Positions 25,014-32,000 of a DNA stretch of 32,000 nt are shown here, one piece after another. Within the stretch, counting starts at the first letter, position 1, and each line of letters opens with the position of its first letter. This DNA is from Prochlorococcus marinus str. NATL2A (GTDB lineage Bacteria; Cyanobacteriota; Cyanobacteriia; PCC-6307; Cyanobiaceae), in assembly GCF_000012465.1 (NCBI RefSeq), contig NC_007335.2, positions 960,001 through 992,000 on the forward strand. Direction: 5' to 3'. A program made the position numbers and the translations under genes. The notes beneath the pieces are model-generated. The model saw only the letters and a list, made by a program, of their open reading frames with translations. It had not been told where the DNA came from and made no database searches.

Positions 25014-25280
25014 ATGAAAAAACTATATTCAAGTCGGAAATGGCATAGAAGACTTGCAGTAATTCTTGCGGTTCCATTATTTTTAACTATTTCAAGTGGT
25101 TCTCTGTACCCCATTTTATTAGCTTTTGGTATAGATGCTTTTTGGTTGATCAAATTACATACCGGTAATTTTGGATTTATAAATTTGCAGTCTATTTATT
25201 CACCATTAACAGGACTGTCAACTTTGGTACTTCTTTGCACTGGAATCTCTTTATTGAAAAGACCTTCGAAAACAAACTAA
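25014..25280 (+). CDS. small membrane protein, PepSY-associated-TM-like
   Basis: RKWHRRLAVILAVPLFLTISSG followed by a second TM helix. Starts 2 nt after the previous stop, which suggests an operon. Confidence 0.5.
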   Translation: MKKLYSSRKWHRRLAVILAVPLFLTISSGSLYPILLAFGIDAFWLIKLHTGNFGFINLQSIYSPLTGLSTLVLLCTGISLLKRPSKTN

Positions 25281-25358
25281 AAAATTGTTAGCACAGCACA
25301 AAGCTATGCCCAAGCGCATGTAAAGGAGGTCACATTTAGTTTTGAAAAATTCTTGATA

Positions 25359-25685
25359 ATGTCTATGGAGAACCAACAAGTTCTACGCTTTCGAATCACT
25401 AATACTATGGATGACACAACCAATAGGTGGATTTCTATAAAAGAAAACCCATTGCAAAGCGCTCAATCAAAACGCTACCAAAAACAATTACCAACTGAGA
25501 AGTGGACACCCACTGATGATCACGCGATTGACATCATTAGTGATTATTTGATTTGTATTAGAGAAGATATGAACGCAATGATTGAAGAGCTTGGTTGTGA
25601 TACAGAGTATGCCGCAGGTTTGCTAAGAGCTATCGCTGATGGATATGAAGACCTCAATTCAAATTCCGAGGACTATTCCAAATAA
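25359..25685 (+). CDS. hypothetical acidic protein
   Basis: The track ORF starts at TTG 25353. The first ATG is at 25359. No family recognised. Confidence 0.45.
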   Translation: MSMENQQVLRFRITNTMDDTTNRWISIKENPLQSAQSKRYQKQLPTEKWTPTDDHAIDIISDYLICIREDMNAMIEELGCDTEYAAGLLRAIADGYEDLNSNSEDYSK

Positions 25686-25724
25686 TAGTGAATAAAAAAA
25701 TAGACACCTTAGTTCAAACGTCTA

Positions 25725-25876
25725 TCAATCATGCAATTGATTTTCTATTTCTAAGTTTATAGATGTAGGAGAAAAAGCATCAGCAGAGCCAGAGAAAGCT
25801 ATTACAGCTAGGCTAACTGCACCAACAACTGTTGATAATGTTTTCAACTTTTTGGAAACTTTCGCTTTTTTTGACA
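25725..25876 (-). pseudogene. frameshifted paralog of the 8056-8214 small peptide gene
   Basis: ATG-TCA-AAA-AAA-GCG-AAG gives MSKKAK and then hits a stop after 10 codons. The +2 frame continues VSKKLKTLSTVVGAVSLAVIAFSGSADAFSPTSINLEIENQLHD. The span is 152 nt, not a multiple of 3. An in-frame TTG could rescue a 40-aa product. Confidence 0.35.
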
Positions 25877-25911
25877 TGTGCTTGTGAAGTCGAACTTCTT
25901 AAAATTAATCT

Positions 25912-25941
25912 ATTGTTAACTCTAAGATAAGAGAAAGTTAA
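25912..25941 (-). promoter_or_regulatory. candidate Pho box upstream of the frameshifted small-peptide gene
   Basis: Minus strand reads ATTAACTT-tct-CTTATCTT-aga-GTTAACAA with exact 11-bp phasing, 35 nt upstream of the ATG at 25876. Same architecture as 8246-8275. Confidence 0.45.
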
Positions 25942-26091
25942 TAAATGGAAATGAAACCTTAACTTAAGCTAGAAAGAATAGTTTGCATAAAACGATCAGC
26001 AGAAGCTCTTTCTTCAGCTACAAGTTATTGGTATTAAAGTAGGAAACTTTTCTAAGCTTAGGGCTGACTATTCATCTACTTCCTTAAGAAA

Positions 26092-26346
26092 TTAATTCGT
26101 ATCGGCTACATTCTTAAAGAACTCACAATAAACCATTAAATCTGATTCTTTTTCTGTCTTCAGATTGAGTAATTCTATGGTTTTAGCAGTATCAATTCTA
26201 TAGGCATACCAATCAAGACAAGTCTCTCTTTGTTTTTGTGTCGATGAAATGGGCTTTGCTTTATATGTACCTACTTCTGTTGAAGTCTTTGTACAAGCAC
26301 TTATCAAAACAATAAATAAGATTAATAAAAATAAACGGGTCATCAA
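26092..26346 (-). CDS. small lipoprotein, hypothetical
   Basis: Signal peptide with lipobox VLISAC (MMTRLFLLILFIVLISACTK). Confidence 0.6.
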   Translation of the reverse strand: MMTRLFLLILFIVLISACTKTSTEVGTYKAKPISSTQKQRETCLDWYAYRIDTAKTIELLNLKTEKESDLMVYCEFFKNVADTN

Positions 26347-26999
26347 TATTTAATCAGCCATCCATCAGAACATAGCACTCGTTTCATTAGCTTCAGGTAT
26401 TAAAGATTACACAGGTTATTGAGATATTCTGATAAGTTAAAAATGGCTGGTGATTTGCGTGAACAGATTACCAGCTTGTAGCCTTACTACTTGCAATAGC
26501 TAAAAGTGGATAGGTGATTTCGACTACACGAAAAAATCTGAAAAAATGCTAGAAAATAACATAATTAAATTCTTATAATGAAACCACTTGCAGACAGTAA
26601 TCATCTTCAACAAGTATTAGCTCAGATTCAATTAAACATAATCAGAACTAAAGATCAAAAGATGTCTGATCATCTCTGGTATCAGAAATCAATGTGTGAT
26701 GGAGAAAAATAAAAAATTAATGAAGAAATTAAAAACAATATTTCCTTTTATCTCTGCTATTGGAGTTTTCTTTTTGGCTAGTAATTCACCTATGTGGAAA
26801 CAAATGGTCGAAAATGAAATCAAATCTATCCCTGTAAAAGAATTTAAATAAAGATAGATTTTTAATTTAGAAATTTACGAGAGACCCAAGAAAGCGAGGA
26901 ATTTATCTAGCGACAAGCTAAATAGTTATAGAACAAGGTTAAAAGCCCTTTATATGAGTCGCTACCGCTTCTATATCCAGTCAATTCAGATAAATCTTT

Positions 27000-27353
27000 T
27001 CATGTTTTTGCTCCAATAATTATTTTTCCGTTAATTTCCCATGAAGGAAATCCTTCTATTTTTTTATCAATGCATAATTGTGTTTGGCTATTTTTACCAT
27101 CACGAGCGCATTCAACAACATTAAGTTCTTCATAAGCTTGTTTTCCAAATAACTCGCTTTGATAAAGGCAGTTTGGACACCAATAAGCTGAATACTTTAC
27201 TACCCCTTGTTCAGTTAAGTGCTTTGCTAGATCAATTGATTGTTTTGTACTTTCAGTAGTAATTATGAGCTCTTTTTTGGTTCCAAGATGTCCACTAGTT
27301 ACAACACTAGGTAATAATAGTAAGCCTATTAAAGGCAATAAAAGTCTTTTCAA
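27000..27353 (-). CDS. secreted thioredoxin-fold protein (CxxC), similar to the Trx-like domain fused to cyanobacterial VKOR
   Basis: YSAYWCPNCLYQSELFGKQAYEELNVVECARDG...GFPSWEINGK. The ORF has no ATG. The TTG at 27353 gives the signal peptide (M)KRLLLPLIGLLLLPSVVTSG. The track start is another TTG at 27392. Confidence 0.65.
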   Translation of the reverse strand: MKRLLLPLIGLLLLPSVVTSGHLGTKKELIITTESTKQSIDLAKHLTEQGVVKYSAYWCPNCLYQSELFGKQAYEELNVVECARDGKNSQTQLCIDKKIEGFPSWEINGKIIIGAKT

Positions 27354-27487
27354 AAAAAAACCAATTAAATTGTATCTTACATCAACTATCAAATAAAGAC
27401 TGAATTAACTATCTAACAACTTCTGATTAATCTTTTTAATTATGCATTGATCTCAATAGAATTCCTTAAGTCCTCATAAAGTAGTTG

Positions 27488-27655
27488 TTATGAAAAGTAG
27501 AATATCAACAACTCATCAAGACAAAACCCTTCCGTTAACCATTCTCTAAACTCCTGACCTATAGCGCTCTGATCTTTACTATTTAGTTTATTTGATCTTT
27601 CCATTAATAAAGTCATTGATTCAGCTATCATCTCTTCCATATCAGGATAAGTCAT
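27488..27655 (-). CDS. small hypothetical protein (55 aa)
   Basis: Hand translation gives MTYPDMEEMIAESMTLLMERSNKLNSKDQSAIGQEFREWLTEGFCLDELLIFYFS. Confidence 0.3.
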   Translation of the reverse strand: MTYPDMEEMIAESMTLLMERSNKLNSKDQSAIGQEFREWLTEGFCLDELLIFYFS

Positions 27656-28353
27656 TAGCAAACAGAATGAATGATTCTACAAACTTATTAGAATTAAAAA
27701 GGAATCACGTTAATTGTTCTAAGATGAAAATCCTTTTAAGAAGAAGTTAAGAGCTAAAAGCAGTCAAAAGAAATAAAAACTAGTTAATTGTTATTAGGCA
27801 TGTGAAGCTCATCTTCAATATCTTTTTCACGATAAAGGTCTAATGTTGAATTTAATTCTGATAATAAAATAGATATTTTCTCTTTCTTGTATTGATCTTT
27901 AACCTGAGAAAGTTTTTTCATAAAAAATCTCTCTATGTTTAATATTATTTTAGTGGTTAGTACATTAATTTAAATGTCTTTATTAATACATCAGGAAAAT
28001 GATTCTGGTTTAACAAAAAATCTATGTTTCAAGCATCAATCTGACTTTGTTTGAAGCAAGTGAAGCATGTATTAGAATAGATAAGATATTGCGTACAAGA
28101 TTGAAAAAAAATAAGACAAAATTAGCATTTCTAATAATTGCCTTTTTGATTGCTACACCTATCTATATTAGTCAATACACAAGAATATATAATAATTCAA
28201 ATGAAAGGGAAAAATTAACTGTCGATGGAATGTTTTTAGACTGACAAAAGAAATTTTTATAAAGTTCACTTAACTATGGAATTTTAATTAAATCATCCAA
28301 ATCTAGTTTAAAATCATAAAACATGAAATGCGTTAAGAGAAGGAGAGAAAAAG

Positions 28354-28584
28354 ATGAGATGGCCACCGAATGCAGCTTGGACCTCAGCCGTAAAAAGAGA
28401 AGGTTATCGACATTTTGAAGTTAAAAGCTATGGAGGCAAAAAAGATGAACGGTGGGTAGAACTATTTCCAGTTAACAACAACGAAATTCTTATAAAAGTT
28501 CCATGGTCGGAATTAAAAACATATTCAAAGTGGACGAGTGGATGGCTTCAGTTGCCAAAAGATGAAGATTGCGATGGCAACTAA
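28354..28584 (+). CDS. Trp-rich small conserved protein (TIGR02450-like)
   Basis: AAGGAGAG RBS about 8 nt upstream. The pattern W-x-S-x(5)-G-x-RHFEV...VELFPV...VPWSELK...W-x-SGW matches the tryptophan-rich small protein family as I recall it. Confidence 0.6.
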   Translation: MRWPPNAAWTSAVKREGYRHFEVKSYGGKKDERWVELFPVNNNEILIKVPWSELKTYSKWTSGWLQLPKDEDCDGN

Positions 28585-28611
28585 TCTCTAGAGAAAATAA
28601 AAAACAGATAT

Positions 28612-29270
28612 TTAAGTAATTATTCCTACACGGCTGACAGTGGTTTGTTCTTATATTTTTTGAACTTCTCAGGACAACCTTCTTTTTATACTGAGCTTTA
28701 GAAGGTTGTTTCTTTGAATAAAAAACGTCAGTGCTCCTCCCCAGAAGCCAATCAATTGATGACCAATGCAATTGATTGCCTGACGTACACTCATCCTAAA
28801 ATCTCCTTTTCTTTAATAGTTCTGTAGGACCGTACGTCTTAGGCAGGGAAACCGTAGAAAGAATAAAACTCTTTTAATTAGACATTTAAAAAGGGCCCGA
28901 GGGGGCCCTTTTTCTTTACCGATTCTTTGGAAGCTTCTGGATATTGGTGGCCTGGGGCCAAGTGTCTAGTAGAAAGGCTTTTTTACTCCGTTAGGGCACC
29001 TAAACGATGCAGAGGAGGTTCGACTGAATTGACGCACCTAAATCATTGATCCTTGTCGCATCAGACGAATAGCCTACTTATTTATTGAGAATGTTGGAGC
29101 AGGAACCAGAATTCAGTTCGCTTCTCTTAAATACTCAGGTGGAGTGTCGACCATCAATGGTGCCTCTGAGCTCAACAAACGTATCTTTGCTCTATTCGCA
29201 CCTCAACGCAATCAGCCTTAATGCCCATTGCATTTCCACTACACCTGATCAAAAATAGTAAGTTTGGGGT
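28612..29270. repeat. direct repeat copy B (~659 bp)
   Basis: Same orientation as 2584-3241 and offset by 26,028-26,029 nt. Begins 28 nt after the stop of the Trp-rich protein gene. Confidence 0.95.
28888..28913. terminator. bidirectional terminator-like hairpin inside repeat copy B
   Basis: Identical AAAAAGGGCCCgaggGGGCCCTTTTT element to that at 2859-2884. Confidence 0.7.
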
Positions 29271-29301
29271 CTAGCTAAGATCTAATCAATAAATCAAAAA
29301 A

Positions 29302-29496
29302 ATGAATCAGACTCCAGAGAAAGAGAAGGGAATGAGCTTTATTAAAAAAGCTGGTAAATGGGCTCCATTAGTTGGAGGAGCATGGATTGTTCTGAATATT
29401 GTTGTTCCATTAGCTCTTCTTCGTATTCCTGCAGTCCAAAAATACTTAGTAGTACTTGAAGACATACTCCCTTTTGATATTCCAGGTATTGGTTAG
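29302..29496 (+). CDS. small membrane protein (64 aa)
   Basis: Track ORF with TM helix WAPLVGGAWIVLNIVVPLALL. The stop codon directly abuts the next ATG. Confidence 0.5.
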   Translation: MNQTPEKEKGMSFIKKAGKWAPLVGGAWIVLNIVVPLALLRIPAVQKYLVVLEDILPFDIPGIG

Positions 29497-29673
29497 ATGG
29501 CAACAGAGATTATTTGTTTTTTCTTGCTTGGTATTGCAGCACTGCTTCTAAATGCTGGACTCGACGCTCAAGTTCTTCCACTCTTTTGGCTAATTCTTCC
29601 ATTAGTAATCAAATTAAGTTTCGACAATATAACCAGAAAGAAAGCTCTCCTCATCAACAAAAAAACAAAATAA
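29497..29673 (+). CDS. small two-TM membrane protein (58 aa)
   Basis: Hand translation gives MATEIICFFLLGIAALLLNAGLDAQVLPLFWLILPLVIKLSFDNITRKKALLINKKTK. The ATG follows the upstream TAG immediately. Preferred over track ORFs 29514-29696 (+) and 29568-29762 (-). Confidence 0.45.
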   Translation: MATEIICFFLLGIAALLLNAGLDAQVLPLFWLILPLVIKLSFDNITRKKALLINKKTK

Positions 29674-29706
29674 GGGCTAAGGTCGTGAAAAATTAGCCGA
29701 AAAGCT

Positions 29707-29841
29707 TTGAACGAGTTACAAGCATTGACGCTATCAGGAGCATTAGCTGTATTTGCTATCACCTGGCTATTTTTTGGTTTTGGGGATGATGATGATGATG
29801 GAGGCGGGATGATGAGACCTGTCAGACAAAATGCCGATTAA
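29707..29841 (+). CDS. small single-TM protein with poly-Asp/Gly tail (44 aa), family member 3; non-ATG start
   Basis: From the TTG: (M)NELQALTLSGALAVFAITWLFFGFGDDDDDGGGMMRPVRQNAD. There is an in-frame stop at 29686-29688, so only TTG (29707) or ATT (29692) starts are possible. Confidence 0.4.
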   Translation: MNELQALTLSGALAVFAITWLFFGFGDDDDDGGGMMRPVRQNAD

Positions 29842-29970
29842 ACATCAGTAGGGAATAAGGAAGAGAAAAGCCTCAATTTAGAGAAGACAATCCAAAAGGT
29901 ATTTTTACAAGTCCTAAAGCTAATCAACCTTCTGATCAAGCATTAGCCTAAGTAATGAGAGCATGTGTAT

Positions 29971-30216
29971 ATGAAAAATTTTCTAATCAAATTAGTTTTA
30001 TTCGTATTCATTGTTTTCTCTGGATTGAATAGTGCTGAGGCAGTAATACAAGGCTGGGTTCCACCAGAGGATTATGGAGAAGGAGACTCATATGAAATGG
30101 GAATGGAAACCGAAGAAGAAGCTATAGAGATGGAGTCACAAACTAAAGAGTTGAGTATGGAGGATATTTTTGGGGATGAACAAGTTTTTCCTTTTCCACC
30201 TGGCCTAGGCAATTAA
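29971..30216 (+). CDS. small secreted acidic protein with C-terminal FPFxPGxG motif, family member 2
   Basis: ATG at 29971 (the track start GTG 29965 is 2 codons upstream). Signal peptide MKNFLIKLVLFVFIVFSGLNSAEA, an acidic core, and the C-terminus GDEQVFPFPPGLGN. Confidence 0.6.
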   Translation: MKNFLIKLVLFVFIVFSGLNSAEAVIQGWVPPEDYGEGDSYEMGMETEEEAIEMESQTKELSMEDIFGDEQVFPFPPGLGN

Positions 30217-30286
30217 TCAAAACGCAAACATTCGCTTTAGTAAGGTAGATACAGATAACTATCTAACTTTTAAGTTTGTTGAACTA

Positions 30287-30697
30287 ATGGCAGCAATAAA
30301 AAAAGACTCAGAGCCTCTAGATAACTTATCCAGTCAAGAGATAGAGGATATTGTCAGATCAAACGAAATTTTGGATCAAGAAAATGAAAGACTAATCAAA
30401 GAAGAAGAAATAGAGGCACAAAGATTCTCAAAGACAAAATCTACAAAAAGATTCCTTAGACGATTAAGAAGATCTCCACTTGAAGTGATAAATCGATCAC
30501 TCTTTTTTGTATTCATTGGTAGTTTTATCTTCTCCTTTGTCTCTGTGTACTCAATCAACAAGTTGTGGTTTGTTTTTTATGTCATCAGTGCCTTCTCATG
30601 TGTTTTATACACTCCAAATAGACAAGCCCTAAAGGAACTAATTGCAGCATGGCCAAATATCGAAGATCTTTTAAAAAAAAGAAGTTTATGGAAATAA
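30287..30697 (+). CDS. hypothetical membrane protein
   Basis: 136 aa. Charged N-terminal half, then two TM helices (LFFVFIGSFIFSFVSVY, LWFVFYVISAFSCVLY). Confidence 0.55.
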   Translation: MAAIKKDSEPLDNLSSQEIEDIVRSNEILDQENERLIKEEEIEAQRFSKTKSTKRFLRRLRRSPLEVINRSLFFVFIGSFIFSFVSVYSINKLWFVFYVISAFSCVLYTPNRQALKELIAAWPNIEDLLKKRSLWK

Positions 30698-30784
30698 ATT
30701 ATTTAGACTTATAGACCATTGATGTGAAAATTATTTACTGAGGTAAGTCTCAACTATTCTAAATTCAAAATTGATTAAAAGGTA

Positions 30785-31126
30785 ATGGATAAAAAAGGAG
30801 CCAAAGGGTACTGGATCTCAACGGCAAAAATTATTAATCAAGAATTATTTGATGAATATGTCGAAAAAGTTGGGCCATGGCTAAAAGAGAATGGTGGGAA
30901 GGTATTCGCGAAAGATACAGACCCAAGAGGAAAAGAAAAAACTGAAGATTCAAACCTTGCAGTCATTTGTGAATTTCCATCTATGCGAATAGCTGTAGAT
31001 GCTTATGAGTCAAGTGAATATCAAGAACTTTCAAAGCTACGTAAAGCAGCCACCGTGAATGCAACGTTCACAATTATGGAAGGAATGGACGAGGCAACAA
31101 AACTTAGAAGAGCAATGGGAATGTAG
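30785..31126 (+). CDS. DUF1330-family protein
   Basis: GYWISTAKIINQELFDEYVEKVGPWLKENGGKVFAKD...AVICEFPSMRIAVDAYESSEYQEL matches the DUF1330 pattern. Confidence 0.75.
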   Translation: MDKKGAKGYWISTAKIINQELFDEYVEKVGPWLKENGGKVFAKDTDPRGKEKTEDSNLAVICEFPSMRIAVDAYESSEYQELSKLRKAATVNATFTIMEGMDEATKLRRAMGM

Positions 31127-31219
31127 ATAATGGCATCAAACACCTCACTATTCATTTCATATAAATGAATGAATTGATCAAATAATTAATAGCATTAAAA
31201 CATTAGGAGGCATATTCTG

Positions 31220-32000
31220 ATGAGTTCACAAAATAGAAGTGACGATCAAGAGCTGGTCAGCAAAAACCTTGAATTAATTATTAGTTCGAGTAACTACCAA
31301 TTAGCCCATGAAGATAGAGAGTTGCTCAATAGTGATGAAATGAGAGGAGTGCGAATGCTTCTAGAAATTAATAAACCAGAAAAAATCTTGGAAGAGCAGA
31401 ATATCTTATCAACAATTATCGTCTTTGGAGGTGCAAGTTTATCTGATAAAAGCTCTATAGATCACAGAATTGAACTAGCAAAGAACTCTCTCGCTAAAGA
31501 TCCACGCTCATCGAATTTAAAGAGAGAATTAACACGGCTAAAGAATCTACAATCAATCTCTCATTACTACGACTCTGCTAGAGAGTTCGCGAAGATTGTC
31601 TCCAGACAAAACCAAAAAGAGCATTGCAATTCACATGTAATTGTCACTGGTGGTGGTCCGGGGATTATGGAGGCTGCCAATCGAGGTGCTTTTGATGCGG
31701 ACTGTAAATCAATAGGATTAAACATAAGTCTCCCAAACGAGCAACATCCCAATGCATATATCACCCCTGGGCTTTGCTTTAAATTTAATTATTTCGCCTT
31801 ACGAAAATTTCATTTTGTGATGCGATCAGTTGCAGCTGTCTTTTTCCCTGGGGGATTTGGAACATTTGATGAACTATTCGAATTACTCACTCTTCGTCAA
31901 ACAGGAATGAAAACAGAAATTCCAATTATTCTTTTTGGTCGAGATTATTGGTCGAAAGTGATCAACTTTCAATTCCTTTCAGATCACGGACTTATCTCAG
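31220..32000 (+). CDS. LOG/TIGR00730-family (Rossmann-fold nucleotide-binding, PpnN-like) protein, 3' end outside the window
   Basis: AGGAGG RBS at 31205-31210. Hand translation contains VTGGGPGIMEAANRGA and PGGFGTFDELFE (the PGGxGTxxE motif). Open to the window end, so absent from the track. Confidence 0.8.
   Translation, partial: MSSQNRSDDQELVSKNLELIISSSNYQLAHEDRELLNSDEMRGVRMLLEINKPEKILEEQNILSTIIVFGGASLSDKSSIDHRIELAKNSLAKDPRSSNLKRELTRLKNLQSISHYYDSAREFAKIVSRQNQKEHCNSHVIVTGGGPGIMEAANRGAFDADCKSIGLNISLPNEQHPNAYITPGLCFKFNYFALRKFHFVMRSVAAVFFPGGFGTFDELFELLTLRQTGMKTEIPIILFGRDYWSKVINFQFLSDHGLIS

Noticed and set aside
24848-25153. Track ORF (101 aa, minus strand) across the DUF3721-like and PepSY-TM-like genes.
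   Set aside because: It is antisense to two tightly coupled + strand genes that have recognisable motifs.
28490-28771. Track ORF (93 aa, minus strand) running into repeat copy B.
   Set aside because: The composition is not protein-like. It is not conserved in copy A, where stops interrupt the frame. It overlaps the end of the Trp-rich protein gene.
29514-29762. Track ORFs 29514-29696 (+) and 29568-29762 (-).
   Set aside because: They overlap each other and have low-complexity Ser/Lys or Arg-rich products. The alternative frame gives a coupled two-TM protein (29497-29673) and the poly-Asp family member (29707-29841).
30376-31764. Track ORFs 30376-30561 (-) and 31567-31764 (-).
   Set aside because: They are antisense shadows of the membrane protein gene 30287-30697 and of the LOG-family gene. 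The latter covers the GGGPGIMEAANRGA motif on the + strand.
1-32000. Search for CRISPR arrays, tRNA/rRNA genes, integrase/transposase/recombinase genes, toxin-antitoxin pairs or recognisable defence systems.
   Set aside because: I found no short regularly spaced repeats, no cloverleaf-capable G+C-rich 70-90-nt blocks, and no ORF with recombinase, nuclease or ATPase defence motifs. The only mobile-element-like signature is the 658-bp direct repeat pair.

Overview
The window is AT-rich and densely packed with short genes. Its content points to the phosphate/arsenate stress island of a high-light-adapted Prochlorococcus. This attribution is inferred from gene content and synteny; no database search was run. 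The recognisable genes are tandem hli genes, PTOX, ptrA-phoB-phoR, a PhoA-like secreted phosphoesterase, a porin, pstS, a gap-MFS(arsJ-like)-chrA operon divergent from arsR-acr3, a DUF411 metal cluster and a Yfr2-type sRNA. The most striking feature is a pair of ~658-bp near-identical, non-coding, G+C-enriched direct repeats at 2584-3241 and 28612-29270. They bracket the whole ~26-kb cargo region, and I found no integrase, transposase, tRNA, rRNA or CRISPR array anywhere in the window. Each repeat contains a perfect GC hairpin terminator and an sRNA-like diverged patch. Several other things are not captured by the 60-aa ORF track. Tandem 8-mer (CTTAACTT-like) arrays with 11-bp phasing, resembling cyanobacterial Pho boxes, sit in front of the PhoA-like gene and of two paralogous tiny secreted-peptide genes. 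There are two families of tiny paralogous proteins: single-TM proteins with a poly-Asp-Gly-Gly tail, and secreted acidic proteins ending in FPFxPGxG. A hairpin sRNA candidate carries a Yfr1-like ACUCCUCGCAC loop next to the Yfr2-type gene. A 34-bp near-perfect palindrome lies in the gap/arsR divergent promoter. A decayed SnoaL/DUF4440-like pseudogene follows acr3. All protein family calls come from motif recognition by eye, not from searches.
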